In this document: positions 18,475 through 28,961 of the stretch, piece after piece
Layout of the letters: the number at the start of each line of letters is the position of its first letter
Position numbering within the stretch: position 1 is the first letter of the stretch
NCBI GenBank assembly: GCA_938084645.1
Contig: CALKEP010000004.1
Location: forward strand, 32,001 to 96,000
From: an uncultured Phycisphaerales bacterium
Lineage (GTDB): Bacteria > Planctomycetota > Phycisphaerae > Phycisphaerales > SM1A02
DNA: 64,000 bases
Direction: 5' to 3'
Program-made: the position numbers and the translations under genes
Notes under the pieces: model-generated
Seen by the model: the letters and a program-made list of their open reading frames with translations, nothing else
Database searches by the model: none
Told to the model about the DNA's origin: nothing

Positions 18475-19688
18475 TCGATCGGACGACCGATCACCGCGAC
18501 GGTCCTTCGCCCGAGGCGGAGTCCGTGGACCTCGACGATTTCCGTGCCGGCCGGTCCCGCGAGTGACGCGAGCCGCCGCGTCCAATCATCGGCGTCGACG
18601 GCGCCTCCCCGCGTCCGGACCACCACCTGCCTCGGATTCGGGGTCGACCTCTTGATCGCGTCGACGATCGCATCCGGCCGCGGCGCGACCACCGCGTCGA
18701 TCGAGATCGCCCGGAACCAGTCGTCCCGGCCGTCCCCGACCGCTCGTTCGACCCGCGTCCGGTCGACCACGGCGAGCCCGAGCCCCACGGCGGGTTCGAC
18801 GTCGATCCCCTCGATTCCGAGCTGTTCCCGAAGCACGAGCGGCCCGAGTCCGACCCGTTCGACCGCGGGATGGAATTCCAGCAGAGCGCCTTCCAGTTCG
18901 ATCGGCCCCGATCGCAGCGCCGCCGGCTCGCCTTCGAGGATCCGACCGGACGGCAGATCGACGGCTTCCACCGAAGCCGGGCGGGCGAGTCGGCCGGTCC
19001 AGACGATCGCCTGCACCAGTCGGCCGGACTCCGCGATGATCGACACGGACTGCCGGTCGTGGAACACGGGCGGCGGCATCGGCAGTCCCGGCCCCAGCTT
19101 GATTCCCGCGCCCTCGGCCTCTGCGGCGATCCGGCGAATCACGTCGATGCCGGGCACCAGGTCCTCGAGCCGCCACGAACGACGGCCACTCGACTCGTCT
19201 CGACGGGCGGGATCCAGGTGCACCAGGGGACGATCGATCGGCACCGATTCGACGTCGCCCACGATCGTCTCGATGCCCGCGTTGTGCCCGGCCATGAACG
19301 CCCGAACCGGATCGCGGTCGACGCCGACGCACGGTCCCCGATCCGCCAGCGCCATCGCGTCACCTCCGATCCCACAACAGAGATCCAGCACGGGGTCCGA
19401 TCCGAATCGCGTCGCCTTCCACGACGCCACGGTGTCGCTGGTGGCCTGCTCGACGCCAACTCGATCGAGCAGCAGTCGAGCCGGATCGTGGAACTTGGCG
19501 GCGGCCCGTCGGCGAGCTCCCGCCAGCTCGAGCGCCTCGGGGATCGGCCCCGCGGGATGATCGCGGCGGAGTCTGGTCAACGCCGATGGCGTCACGCCCG
19601 CCGCCTCGATTTCGGCGGCGGCCGCAAGCAGCGATTCGGCCTCCGGAGCGGCAAGCGTCCGCCAGGCGTCGAGACGATCATCGGCCAT
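18459..19688 (-). CDS. class I SAM-dependent methyltransferase with THUMP-like C-terminus (putative RNA methyltransferase)
   Basis: 'EQATS', 'DLCCGIGGD', 'LDPARR', 'IKLGPG'. Confidence 0.8.
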   Translation of the reverse strand: MADDRLDAWRTLAAPEAESLLAAAAEIEAAGVTPSALTRLRRDHPAGPIPEALELAGARRRAAAKFHDPARLLLDRVGVEQATSDTVASWKATRFGSDPVLDLCCGIGGDAMALADRGPCVGVDRDPVRAFMAGHNAGIETIVGDVESVPIDRPLVHLDPARRDESSGRRSWRLEDLVPGIDVIRRIAAEAEGAGIKLGPGLPMPPPVFHDRQSVSIIAESGRLVQAIVWTGRLARPASVEAVDLPSGRILEGEPAALRSGPIELEGALLEFHPAVERVGLGPLVLREQLGIEGIDVEPAVGLGLAVVDRTRVERAVGDGRDDWFRAISIDAVVAPRPDAIVDAIKRSTPNPRQVVVRTRGGAVDADDWTRRLASLAGPAGTEIVEVHGLRLGRRTVAVIGRPIDQSNS

Positions 19689-19851
19689 CCACGAACTCTA
19701 CCAGTCCGCGATCCGTCGACTTCGCCGTCACGTGGGCTTCCCCTCGATACGGCGCCATCGCAACGGCGTTAGCATCTCGCTCCAACCGTGTGGATCCCGA
19801 CGTCCGTGGTCCCTCGAACCCAAGCCCCGTCGTTCCCTGGAGCGCCCCACC

Positions 19852-20406
19852 ATGCCCGACATTCGATCCGCCGACGTGATGCGTGCCTCCGGAACATTCG
19901 CCATCGCCGAGGGCGTCTTCCTCGTGCTGGGTGGTGCGATGCTGGTCGTCGCCCCGTTCGCCTCGGTGGTGCTCCTCACCCAGTTCACGGGCGCGTTCCT
20001 CCTGCTGGCCGGCATCGTCGGCACCATCCGGGCCGCGGGAAGCCCCTCGGGCCAGCACGGCAGCGGCGCCGGCATCTTCGGACCGATCATCGCCGCGATC
20101 GCGGGTCTCATCCTGCTCCTCGATCCGACGCTGTCCGCCGCCTTCCTCGCGAAGGTCCTCGGCGCGATCCTCCTGATCACCGGGGCGATGCAGATCGCGG
20201 CGGCGTGCGGGATGCGAGGACGCGATCAGTGGACGCTGATGCTCGCGGGCGGCATCGTCACCCTCCTGCTCGGGCTCGTGGTCTTCATGATGCCCGGTGT
20301 CGCGATCCTCGTCTTCGCGGTGTTCACCGGCGTCCAACTGCTCTTCCTCGGCATCATGATGATCCGGGGCGGTCGCGAGATCCGTCGGGTCGCCCCGCGA
20401 GGCTGA
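19852..20406 (+). CDS. HdeD/DUF308 family membrane protein
   Basis: six short TMs in two repeats with the G...G...L..P pattern; ATG at 19852. Confidence 0.75.
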   Translation: MPDIRSADVMRASGTFAIAEGVFLVLGGAMLVVAPFASVVLLTQFTGAFLLLAGIVGTIRAAGSPSGQHGSGAGIFGPIIAAIAGLILLLDPTLSAAFLAKVLGAILLITGAMQIAAACGMRGRDQWTLMLAGGIVTLLLGLVVFMMPGVAILVFAVFTGVQLLFLGIMMIRGGREIRRVAPRG

Positions 20407-20430
20407 TCCGTGGCGTTCTTCGGAGACGGC

Positions 20431-21399
20431 ATGTCCATCCGCGAATTCCTCCGACATCACTACCGCCACTTCAACGCCGCGACGCTGGTCGACGCGGCGG
20501 AGGGTTACTGCGATCATCTCGCGTCCGACGGCCGCATGATGGTGACGCTCGCCGGTGCGATGAGCACCGCCGAACTCGGCGTGTCGCTCGCCCGCATGAT
20601 CCGCGAGGACAAGGTCCACGCGATCTGCTGCACGGGGGCGAACCTCGAGGAGGACATCTTCAATCTGGTCGCCCACGATCACTACGAGCGGATCCCGGAC
20701 TGGCGGGCCCTCACCGCGGCCGACGAACAGGGCCTGCTCGATCGGCATCTCAACCGCGTGACCGACACCTGCATCCCGGAGGAGGAGGCGTTCCGGCGGT
20801 TGGAGGATCTGCTGGTCGAACAATGGCAACGCCTCGCGGCGGACGGAGCGCGTGACTTTCCGCATCGAATCCTCTATCGAATGATCCGCGAAGGCCGGCT
20901 CGACCGACATCACCAGATCGATCCGCGTGATTCCTGGATGGTCGCGGCCGCGGAGAAGGACCTTCCGATGTTCGTGCCGGGTTGGGAGGACTCGACCTCG
21001 GGCAACGTGTTCGCCGCCCACTGCATCGCGGGCGACGTGCCCGATCCCAATCTGATCAAGGGCGGGATCGAATACATGATCGAGCTCGCGTCGTGGTACA
21101 CCGAGTTCACCCGGGAGCGATCGCTGGGCTTCTTCCAGATCGGTGGCGGCATCGCGGGCGACTTCCCGATCTGCGTGGTCCCGATGCTCCACCAGGATCT
21201 CGGCCGCGAGAACGTGCCGCTCTGGGGCTACTTCTGTCAGATCGGCGACTCCACGACCAGCTACGGGAGCTACTCCGGCGCGGTCCCCAACGAGAAGATC
21301 ACCTGGGGCAAGCTCGCCGCGGACACCCCGAAGTTCATGATCGAATCCGACGCGACCATCGTCGCGCCCTTGATCTTCCAGTACGTCCTCGAATCCTGA
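20431..21399 (+). CDS. deoxyhypusine synthase-like protein (candidate homospermidine synthase)
   Basis: 'TLAGAMSTAE', 'TGANLEED', 'IGGGIAGDF', 'GSYSGAVPNEKITWGK' with the catalytic Lys; SD GGAG before ATG 20431. Confidence 0.9.
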   Translation: MSIREFLRHHYRHFNAATLVDAAEGYCDHLASDGRMMVTLAGAMSTAELGVSLARMIREDKVHAICCTGANLEEDIFNLVAHDHYERIPDWRALTAADEQGLLDRHLNRVTDTCIPEEEAFRRLEDLLVEQWQRLAADGARDFPHRILYRMIREGRLDRHHQIDPRDSWMVAAAEKDLPMFVPGWEDSTSGNVFAAHCIAGDVPDPNLIKGGIEYMIELASWYTEFTRERSLGFFQIGGGIAGDFPICVVPMLHQDLGRENVPLWGYFCQIGDSTTSYGSYSGAVPNEKITWGKLAADTPKFMIESDATIVAPLIFQYVLES

Positions 21400-22080
21400 T
21401 CACGCGGGACGACGTCGGAAGAGGGCACGGAACCGACGATTCGGCGGATCCTCGCCGTCGGTGAAGTCCTCCCACGATTCGAGCACCAGCCCGCCGGTCT
21501 CGAAGCCGCCGCACTCCACACGACTGATCGGCCAGGGAGGACCTTCGAGATCCGCGTCGACGTCGTCGTCGCGTCCCCGCATCACCGCGAGGAGCACGCC
21601 GCCGGGCGCGACACAGTCGGCGACCGCGCCGAAGCCCCCGGTCCGATCGGACGGCGGAATCGCCTGCAGGGTGTACACCTCGAGCACGAGATCGAAGCCG
21701 TCGCGGCGATAGTGGTCCGGGAGTTGGAAGAGATCCCGGACTTCGTAGCGGACCCGCGAGTCCGGGTGCCTGCTTCGGCAACCTTCGATCGCCGACGGCG
21801 AGATGTCGAACGCGGTCACGTCGAAACCGAGGTCGGCGAGCGCTTCGGCGTCGTCGCCGAAGCCGCATCCGAGCACCAGGGCGCGGCCGCCGGTCGGCAT
21901 CCCGGGCAGCGCCATTCCCGCCACGAAATGCGGATTCGGCGCATCGTCCGCCCAGGGGACGAGTTCGGTTCGACCGGCCGCGTCGCGGTACAGCGATTCG
22001 AACCAGTCGCACGGCGCGCCACGGGCGCGGGCGGCGCGAACGAGCCCGTCGATCTTCGTTCGCAGCGCCTCGGGTTCCAT
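21400..22080 (-). CDS. class I SAM-dependent methyltransferase (TPMT-like)
   Basis: 'WFESLY...VPWA', 'LVLGCGFGDDA', 'FDISPSAI', 'GPPWP'. Confidence 0.85.
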   Translation of the reverse strand: MEPEALRTKIDGLVRAARARGAPCDWFESLYRDAAGRTELVPWADDAPNPHFVAGMALPGMPTGGRALVLGCGFGDDAEALADLGFDVTAFDISPSAIEGCRSRHPDSRVRYEVRDLFQLPDHYRRDGFDLVLEVYTLQAIPPSDRTGGFGAVADCVAPGGVLLAVMRGRDDDVDADLEGPPWPISRVECGGFETGGLVLESWEDFTDGEDPPNRRFRALFRRRPA

Positions 22081-22105
22081 TCCCGGATCGTATCCGACGG
22101 CGTGG

Positions 22106-22993
22106 TCAGGTTCCGCGAGCCGCGAGGATCTCCGCCAGCACCCGGTGCACCAGCTTCGCGGCGAGGAAGTCGCACGCCCAGTGCGCCGGATGCGGGAGCA
22201 GTTCGACCACGTCGAATCCGATCACGTTCCGGCGGGCCGCCAGCCGGCCGACGAAGGCGTTCACGGTGCGCCAGTCGAGTCCCCCGGGCTCGGGCGTTCC
22301 CGTCGCCGGCATGCTTCCGGAATCGAAGGCGTCGAGATCGATCGTCAGATACACGTCCTCGGGGACGAGATCGATCGCTCGATCCATCCAGGCGTCGTCG
22401 GTCGCCTCGAGGATCTCGTGGGCCGGAAACACCCGGTCGTGATCCATGGTGTCGTACTCGCTTCGGTCGATCGCGCGAATCCCGACCTGCACGATGTCCG
22501 CGACCTCGCGGGCCCGGGCCATGACGCACGCATGATTGAACGGTGAACCGTGATACGACTCGCGGGTGTCGCCGTGGGCATCGATCTGGACGACCCCCAT
22601 CCGGGCTCCTCCGGATCGCACCGCCGCCGCGGCCGCCCGGATCGCGCCGATCGAGACGGAATGTTCGCCCCCGAGGAGGATCGGCATCGAACCGCCCTCG
22701 ATCACCTCCGTCACCACCTGCTCGACGATGTCCGCGAGCGTCGCGGGGTCGCCGTCGTGAAGAATGGGCGGCCCGGTGAGGATGCCGGCGCGATGCGGTT
22801 CGATCAACGTCTGGAGATCGAAGAGTTCGACCTCCGCACTCGCTTCGAGGAGCGCCGCGGGCCCACGGTCGGCTCCCTTGCGCCAGGTGCTGGTCGCGTC
22901 GTACGGAACCGGAACGATGACCGCCGCCGGAACCCCTTCCGGCGGATCGACCCCCAGAAACGCGGGGAGGACGGATTCGTCTTGATCGTTCAT
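22106..22993 (-). CDS. speB: agmatinase
   Basis: ureohydrolase motifs 'GGEHSVS', 'DAHGD', 'DLDAFD', 'TGTPEPGG'. Confidence 0.9.
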   Translation of the reverse strand: MNDQDESVLPAFLGVDPPEGVPAAVIVPVPYDATSTWRKGADRGPAALLEASAEVELFDLQTLIEPHRAGILTGPPILHDGDPATLADIVEQVVTEVIEGGSMPILLGGEHSVSIGAIRAAAAAVRSGGARMGVVQIDAHGDTRESYHGSPFNHACVMARAREVADIVQVGIRAIDRSEYDTMDHDRVFPAHEILEATDDAWMDRAIDLVPEDVYLTIDLDAFDSGSMPATGTPEPGGLDWRTVNAFVGRLAARRNVIGFDVVELLPHPAHWACDFLAAKLVHRVLAEILAARGT

Positions 22994-23115
22994 GGCGACA
23001 TGCTTCCGGCCGGGAGGAGGATTCGACGACCGGAAGTGTACGATCCGGCGGGTCGGCCGACCGAAGCCGTCACGTCATGATCACGTCCTCGGACCATGTC
23101 GGATAGATTCGAGAC

Positions 23116-24525
23116 ATGAACGCCGCCCCCCGGACCGGACCGACCGTCCGCCAGTCCACCATCATGATCATCGCCACGAGCTTCGCGGCGTTTCTCGCCG
23201 GCCTTGCGGCGCTCTACTTCGTCTATGCGGACCGGGCCGGCGGACGAGCGGTCGACTGGCTTTCCGGTCGTGTGGAGTTTCTCGGAATCTCCATCACGGG
23301 GGTCTGGACGGTGATCCTCCCCGCCCTCGGCGTCGCGATCACCATGCCGCTCATCGTCTGGCTTCAACGACGCTTCTTTCCGGGCACCGAAGGCACCGGA
23401 ATCCCCCAGGCCATCGCGGCGATCCAGATCGGCGAGCGACCCGAGCGCGGCCTCATGCTCTCGGTTCGGATCGCCATCGGGAAGATCCTCCTGTTGAGCA
23501 TGGCCCTGATCTCCGGAATCACGGTCGGACGCGAAGGGCCCTCCGTCCACGTGGCCGCGTGCTGCATGCATCTCAGCCGTCGCTTCTGTCGTTTCCATCC
23601 ATGGCTCGTCCAGCGGGGCCTGATCCTCGCCGGGTCGGCCGCGGGCATCGCCGCGGCGTTCAACGCACCGGTCGCCGGCGTCATCTTCTGTTTCGAGGAG
23701 GTCGGCCGGATCTTCGACAAGCAGAGCGCCATCGCGATCATCCGGACCGTGGCGATCGCGTGCCTGGTCGGCGTGGTCTTCCTCGGTGACTACGAGTTCT
23801 ACGGATCGAGCAACAGCGGCGCAGGTCTGCCGCTTTCGATCGACGGCGATTTCGGCGCCTGGTTGCTCGAACTGCGGCAGTGGATCGCGGTGCCCGTGGT
23901 CGGAGTCCTCGGTGGTTTCCTCGGCGGCTGGTTCGGTCGCGGCGTGGTCGGCGGCAGCCGACGCCTCGCGCCGTTCCTCATGGCGAATCCGCTCCGCACC
24001 GGCATCGTGCTGGGGCTGGCCCTGGCCGCCACCGGTGTGCTCTCCGGCGGGTCGAGTTACGGCGGAGGCCACGACCAGGCGGAACAGATGCTCGAGACCG
24101 CGGCGGCGACCAACGCCCCCATCGCGACCTGGAGCGATCCGCTCGGCAAGGCCGTCGCGAGTTTCACCAGCCTGATCAGCGGCATCCCCGGCGGGCTCTT
24201 CGATCCCAGCCTCGCGGTCGGCGCGGGTCTCGGGCAGCTGACGCACGGCTTCTTCGAAGGCACCATCGCCCCCGGAATCGGCCTGCCCGAATTCATGCTG
24301 ATCTTCATGGCCGCCTACTTCGCCGGCGTCGTCCAGAGTCCGATCACGGTCTTCGCGATCCTCTTCGAGATGACCGGGGCGTACGGGATGATCCTGCCCC
24401 TCATGTTCGCCGCCACCGTCGGGGCCTCCGTGGCCGGTCGCATCTGCGAGCCTTCGATCTACGAGGCGCTCGCCGCGTCGTTTCTCGAGGCCAAGGGCGT
24501 TCGAACCGATCCTCGGACCGATTGA
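23116..24525 (+). CDS. ClC family chloride/proton antiporter
   Basis: 'GTGIP', 'GREGP', 'AAAFNAP', 'FEEV', 'GGLFDP', C-terminal 'IYEAL'. Confidence 0.92.
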   Translation: MNAAPRTGPTVRQSTIMIIATSFAAFLAGLAALYFVYADRAGGRAVDWLSGRVEFLGISITGVWTVILPALGVAITMPLIVWLQRRFFPGTEGTGIPQAIAAIQIGERPERGLMLSVRIAIGKILLLSMALISGITVGREGPSVHVAACCMHLSRRFCRFHPWLVQRGLILAGSAAGIAAAFNAPVAGVIFCFEEVGRIFDKQSAIAIIRTVAIACLVGVVFLGDYEFYGSSNSGAGLPLSIDGDFGAWLLELRQWIAVPVVGVLGGFLGGWFGRGVVGGSRRLAPFLMANPLRTGIVLGLALAATGVLSGGSSYGGGHDQAEQMLETAAATNAPIATWSDPLGKAVASFTSLISGIPGGLFDPSLAVGAGLGQLTHGFFEGTIAPGIGLPEFMLIFMAAYFAGVVQSPITVFAILFEMTGAYGMILPLMFAATVGASVAGRICEPSIYEALAASFLEAKGVRTDPRTD

Positions 24526-24549
24526 TTCCGGCATCCGCCGGTTCGGCCC

Positions 24550-26532
24550 TCAGACGGGATCCGGCTCGAGGTAGGTGTAGCCCGCCAGTCCGGTCTCGAA
24601 CGCCAGCACCATCTCGCGACTCTCGCGGGCGGTCATCGAACCCCGATGCACCGAGCCTTCGCACTCCCTGCGAATCGCCCTGGCCAGCAAGGTCGGGTCG
24701 TACTGCATGTAAGCGAGCACTTCGCGGACGGTGTCCCCCTCCACGATCTCCTCGATCCACCACTTGCCCGAGTCGTCGACCCGGACGTGGGCGACGTGGG
24801 TGTCGCCGAAGAGATTGTGCAGGTCACCGAGCGTCTCCTGATAGGCCCCGACCAGGAACGCGCCGAGGAGATACCGCCTTCCCGCCTCCAGTTCGTGGAG
24901 CGGAAGCCATCGCTTCACATCCTCGCGGTCGATGAATCGATCGACCTTGCCGTCGGAATCGCAGGTGAGATCGGCGAGCGTGCCCCGCCGGGCGGGCGTC
25001 TCGTCGAGTCGATGGATCGGCATGATCGGGAACACCTGCTCGATCGCCCAGCAGTCCGGAAGCGACTGGAACACCGAGAGGTTGCAGAAGTAGACGTCGG
25101 TGAGGAGATCGTCGAGTTCCGCGAGTTCCTCGGGAACCGGATCCAACGACGTCGCGAGTTCCCGGGCCCGGAGCGCCAGCGTCCAGAAGATCCGCTCCAC
25201 CTCGGCCCGATGTTCGAGCGACATGTAGCCGAGGGTGAAGAGGTTGACCGCCTCGGCCCGCGCGCTCTCCGCGTCATGCCAGCACTCCAGCAGGTTCTCC
25301 GCGTCCATCCGTCGCCAGGCGTCGAAGAGGTCGACGAGCGGACGGGCGGGCTCCTCGCCGTCCCGACCGCGCAGGCCTTCGAGATCCTCGGGGATTCGAT
25401 GGGGCTCGAAGCGATTCGCCCCGAGCACGTCGAAGACGAGAACGCTCTGCTGGGCGACCATGGCTCGCCCGCTCTCGGTCACGATGTTCGGATGCGGCAC
25501 GTTCCGTTCGTCGCAGATCGACTGGATGCGGTGCACGACGGTCGAGGCGTACTCCTCGAGGGAGTAGTTCCGGCTGAACGCGGAGTTGGCCTGGCTGCCG
25601 TCGTAGTCGACCCCGAGCCCGCCCCCCACGTCGATGAACTCCACCGAGGCCCCGAGCCGGTGAAGCTCGGCGTGGATCCGGGTCAGCTCGCCCACCCCGG
25701 CCGCGACCTGCCGGATGTCGTTCATCTGGCTTCCCATGTGGCAGTGGAGCAGCTGGAGGCAGTCGAGCATGCCGCGATCCCGGAGGAGATCCACGGCCTG
25801 CAGCACTTCGGCGAGCGTCAGCCCGAACTTGGCCTTCACCCCGCTCGAACTCGCCCATCGCCCCGCACCCTGGACGTTGAGATTCACGCGAATCCCGATG
25901 CGGGGCCGCACGTCGAAGCGCTCCGCGTGCCGGAGCACGAGTTCGAGTTCCTCGAGGTTCTCGATGACCGGAACGATCATCCGCCCGAGCTTGGTCGCGA
26001 GCATCGCGAACTCGATGTAGCGATCCTCCTTGAAACCGTTGCAGACCACGAGTCGATCCGGCTGTTCGACGGTCATCGCGAGCACCGCGAGGAGTTCGGG
26101 TTTCGATCCGACCTCGAAGCCGAATCCCATTCCCCCGCTGATGCGGCCGACGTCCTCGACCACGCTTCGCTGCTGGTTCACCTTGATCGGATAGACCCCG
26201 CGGTACGCCCCTCGATAGTCGTGCTGTCGGATCGCGTCATCGAAGGCCTGACGAAGATCTCCGAGCACCGTCTCGAGGACGTCGCCGAAGTGCAGCAGCA
26301 GCGGCGTGGAGTAGCCGCGTTCTCGCACGCCGTCGACGATCTCCAGGAGATCGACCTCGCGACCGGCACACCGGTCCGGCCGAACCGTCATGTTGCCGCG
26401 CGCATTGATCGCGAAGAAGCCGTCCGCCCAGGACTCGACGGCGAATCGGGCCTCGTTCTCCTCCACTGGCGAGAGCGCGGTCTGGGGGGCGTCGGTCACC
26501 CCCGACGTGATGGTGGACGAGGACTTGGACAA
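24550..26532 (-). CDS. speA: biosynthetic arginine decarboxylase
   Basis: PLP Lys 'YPIKVNQ', 'EVGSKPEL', 'HMGSQ', 'DVGGGLG', 'TESGRA', 'TCDSDG', 'GAYQETLGDLHNLFG'; start approximate (TTG 26532). Confidence 0.95.
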   Translation of the reverse strand: MSKSSSTITSGVTDAPQTALSPVEENEARFAVESWADGFFAINARGNMTVRPDRCAGREVDLLEIVDGVRERGYSTPLLLHFGDVLETVLGDLRQAFDDAIRQHDYRGAYRGVYPIKVNQQRSVVEDVGRISGGMGFGFEVGSKPELLAVLAMTVEQPDRLVVCNGFKEDRYIEFAMLATKLGRMIVPVIENLEELELVLRHAERFDVRPRIGIRVNLNVQGAGRWASSSGVKAKFGLTLAEVLQAVDLLRDRGMLDCLQLLHCHMGSQMNDIRQVAAGVGELTRIHAELHRLGASVEFIDVGGGLGVDYDGSQANSAFSRNYSLEEYASTVVHRIQSICDERNVPHPNIVTESGRAMVAQQSVLVFDVLGANRFEPHRIPEDLEGLRGRDGEEPARPLVDLFDAWRRMDAENLLECWHDAESARAEAVNLFTLGYMSLEHRAEVERIFWTLALRARELATSLDPVPEELAELDDLLTDVYFCNLSVFQSLPDCWAIEQVFPIMPIHRLDETPARRGTLADLTCDSDGKVDRFIDREDVKRWLPLHELEAGRRYLLGAFLVGAYQETLGDLHNLFGDTHVAHVRVDDSGKWWIEEIVEGDTVREVLAYMQYDPTLLARAIRRECEGSVHRGSMTARESREMVLAFETGLAGYTYLEPDPV

Positions 26533-26590
26533 GGTCGGTCTCCGGTGCCTCGAAGCGGAGGCGACGAAGTGTACCGTCGGACATGCCGGT

Positions 26591-28555
26591 TCAGTCGCCG
26601 GAGGAAGCTTCGTTCCGGAGACTCCGGGCGATGGAGGCTTCGTGGACGGGCATGCTCGCTCGATCCAGACGATCCTTCGCCGCATGGAAGGCGTCGGGAT
26701 CCACGGATCGCGGATCCTCCCGGGCCTGGGTGATCAGGGCCTGGAGCTCGACCAGGCCGGCTTCGACCGATGCCACCACCTCGGTGTCGACGTCCGCGCG
26801 AACCCGATCGAGGGCCTCGGTGATCCACTTCACGTCGAGGGCCGCGTTGACCGCGAGATCGACGACCCGGTGGACCATCATGTCGTCCCGGGCGTGGGTG
26901 ACGGAATCGGCCTCGATCCGGTCCACCTCGTCGCGGGTCAGACCGTTGCTCGGAACCACCTGGACCCGGGCCCGGCGGCCGCTGCGTCGCTCCACCGCGT
27001 CGACGCCGAGCACCCCGTTGGCATCGACGTTGAACGCGACCTCGATCTGCGGAATCCCGGCGGGCATCGGCGGCAGTCCGCGAAGTTCGAATCGAGCGAG
27101 ACTTCGACAGTCCGCGACCATCTCCCGCTCTCCCTGCACGACGTGCAGGCCGACGTTCAGCTGGCCGTCCACGCTGGTCGAGAACATCTCGACCGAACGG
27201 GTCGGGACCATCGTGTTCCGCACCACCAGTTTGGCGACGGCCCCGCCCGCGGTCTCGAGGCCGAGACTCAGCGGAATCACGTCGAGCAGGAGCGCGTCCC
27301 GTCGGGTGCCGGCGAGGATCGAACCCTGCACCGCGGCACCGAGGGCGATCACGCGATCGGGATCCAGGGCCACGTAGGCGGGTCGATCGAACCAGGTCTC
27401 GACGGCCTCTCGGATCATCGGCATCCGCGTGGATCCACCGACCAGCACCACCCGGTCGATCGCGGCACGTTCGAGCCCCGCATCCTTGAGGGCCCGCTCG
27501 CACGCGTCCAGCGTTCGATCGACCAGTGGACGAGCGGCGACTTCGAAGTCGGCGCGGTCGAGTGTTCGATCGAGATCGGGCACCACGCCACCGCCATCGA
27601 GCCGGATCCGCGTCGCCGCCGCGTCGCTCAACGCGATCTTGGCCCGGCCGCCGACCGCCCGGAGCACCGCGAGTCGACGGGCCCGGCGTTCCGGATCGGA
27701 TTCGGCCATCGCCGCGTCGTGAAGATCCTCGAGCAGAACGCGATCGAAGTCGTCACCACCGAGGCGCGTGTCGCCTGCGGTGGCGAGCACCCGAAAGATC
27801 GCCTCGCCGTCGGGTGAGGACGGGTCCGCGGGCATGACTTCGAGAACGGTGACGTCGAAGGTCCCTCCACCGAGGTCATAGACGACGATCGTCTCCGCGT
27901 CGCCGCGGCCGCCGATGCCGTAGGCGAGGGCCGCCGCCGTCGGTTCGTTGAGAATCCGCACCACGTCGATGCCCGCGATCCGGCCCGCATCACGGGTCGC
28001 CTGTCGCTGAGCGTCGTCGAAGTACGCGGGAACCGTCACCACCGCCCGACGGACCGGAACGCCGAGGGCTTCCGACGCCCGATCGCGCAGATGCGCCAGC
28101 AGGTCCGCGGAGATCTCCTCGGGACTTCGCATGCGACCGTCGATTTCGATTCCCGAAAGCCCACGGGCCCCCTCGACCACCCGGTAGGGCGACGCTGCGG
28201 CGTCTTCACGACGATCATCGAATCGCCGCCCCATGTAGCGCTTCACGCTGTAGACGGTTCGCGTCGCATGATCTTCCAGCCCGGCGGCGGCCTCGCGACC
28301 GACCGCTTCCACCACGTCGCCTCGATAGCGAACCACCGAAGGCACCAGACCGTTCCCGTTCTGGGATGATGCCTCGTCCTCGACGAATTCGAGATCCGAA
28401 CCGAGACTCAGGATCCTCGGACCGGCGGCGTCGGCAAAAGCGACGAGTGAATTCGTGGTCCCCAGGTCGATTCCGACGATCGGATCGTCCGGAACGCTCG
28501 CGCGACCGGCCTCGGTTGCGACCTGCGTCTTCGATGATGGGGAGTCGCCGGACAT
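26591..28555 (-). CDS. Hsp70 family chaperone (HscA-like)
   Basis: 'GIDLGTTNS', 'TVPAYF', 'EPTAAA', 'DLGGGTFD', linker '[11 protein letters not shown]'. Confidence 0.9.
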   Translation of the reverse strand: MSGDSPSSKTQVATEAGRASVPDDPIVGIDLGTTNSLVAFADAAGPRILSLGSDLEFVEDEASSQNGNGLVPSVVRYRGDVVEAVGREAAAGLEDHATRTVYSVKRYMGRRFDDRREDAAASPYRVVEGARGLSGIEIDGRMRSPEEISADLLAHLRDRASEALGVPVRRAVVTVPAYFDDAQRQATRDAGRIAGIDVVRILNEPTAAALAYGIGGRGDAETIVVYDLGGGTFDVTVLEVMPADPSSPDGEAIFRVLATAGDTRLGGDDFDRVLLEDLHDAAMAESDPERRARRLAVLRAVGGRAKIALSDAAATRIRLDGGGVVPDLDRTLDRADFEVAARPLVDRTLDACERALKDAGLERAAIDRVVLVGGSTRMPMIREAVETWFDRPAYVALDPDRVIALGAAVQGSILAGTRRDALLLDVIPLSLGLETAGGAVAKLVVRNTMVPTRSVEMFSTSVDGQLNVGLHVVQGEREMVADCRSLARFELRGLPPMPAGIPQIEVAFNVDANGVLGVDAVERRSGRRARVQVVPSNGLTRDEVDRIEADSVTHARDDMMVHRVVDLAVNAALDVKWITEALDRVRADVDTEVVASVEAGLVELQALITQAREDPRSVDPDAFHAAKDRLDRASMPVHEASIARSLRNEASSGD

Positions 28556-28706
28556 TCCGGGCAGTGTACGAACCGGGCGGACCCCGGGCTCGTCCCCACC
28601 CGGATCCGCTCAGGGTTCTTCGCCGGGCCTGACGAGGACGATCCGAATCCCACGCCCACCTGGGGCCACGGAAGCGCCATCCGCATCGAGGCGACATCGC
28701 GTCCGG

Positions 28707-28961
28707 TCAGTCGCCCTTGATCAGTGCCTGGACGTTCTCATCGATCTCATCCGACACGTCCGAAACGTCGGCGGCCGTGAACATGATCGGACCGGCGAGC
28801 CGGTTCGCGAGGGTCGCGAGGCGATTCCGGATTCGAGTCCGGCTTGCTTCGATTTCGGCGATGAGCGTCGGGTCGGGCGCCCATTCGGAACTGGTCTCCC
28901 CGATCGGATCGACCGGAGGGATCGGAGTCGGCACGGCAGAATTGTTGGAGTTTCTTGACAC
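28707..28961 (-). CDS. small hypothetical protein overlapping the sigma-factor 3' end in the +1 frame
   Basis: 84 aa, G/C-ending codons predominate, amphipathic helix 'LIAEIEASRTRIRNRLATLANRL'. Confidence 0.5.
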   Translation of the reverse strand: MSRNSNNSAVPTPIPPVDPIGETSSEWAPDPTLIAEIEASRTRIRNRLATLANRLAGPIMFTAADVSDVSDEIDENVQALIKGD

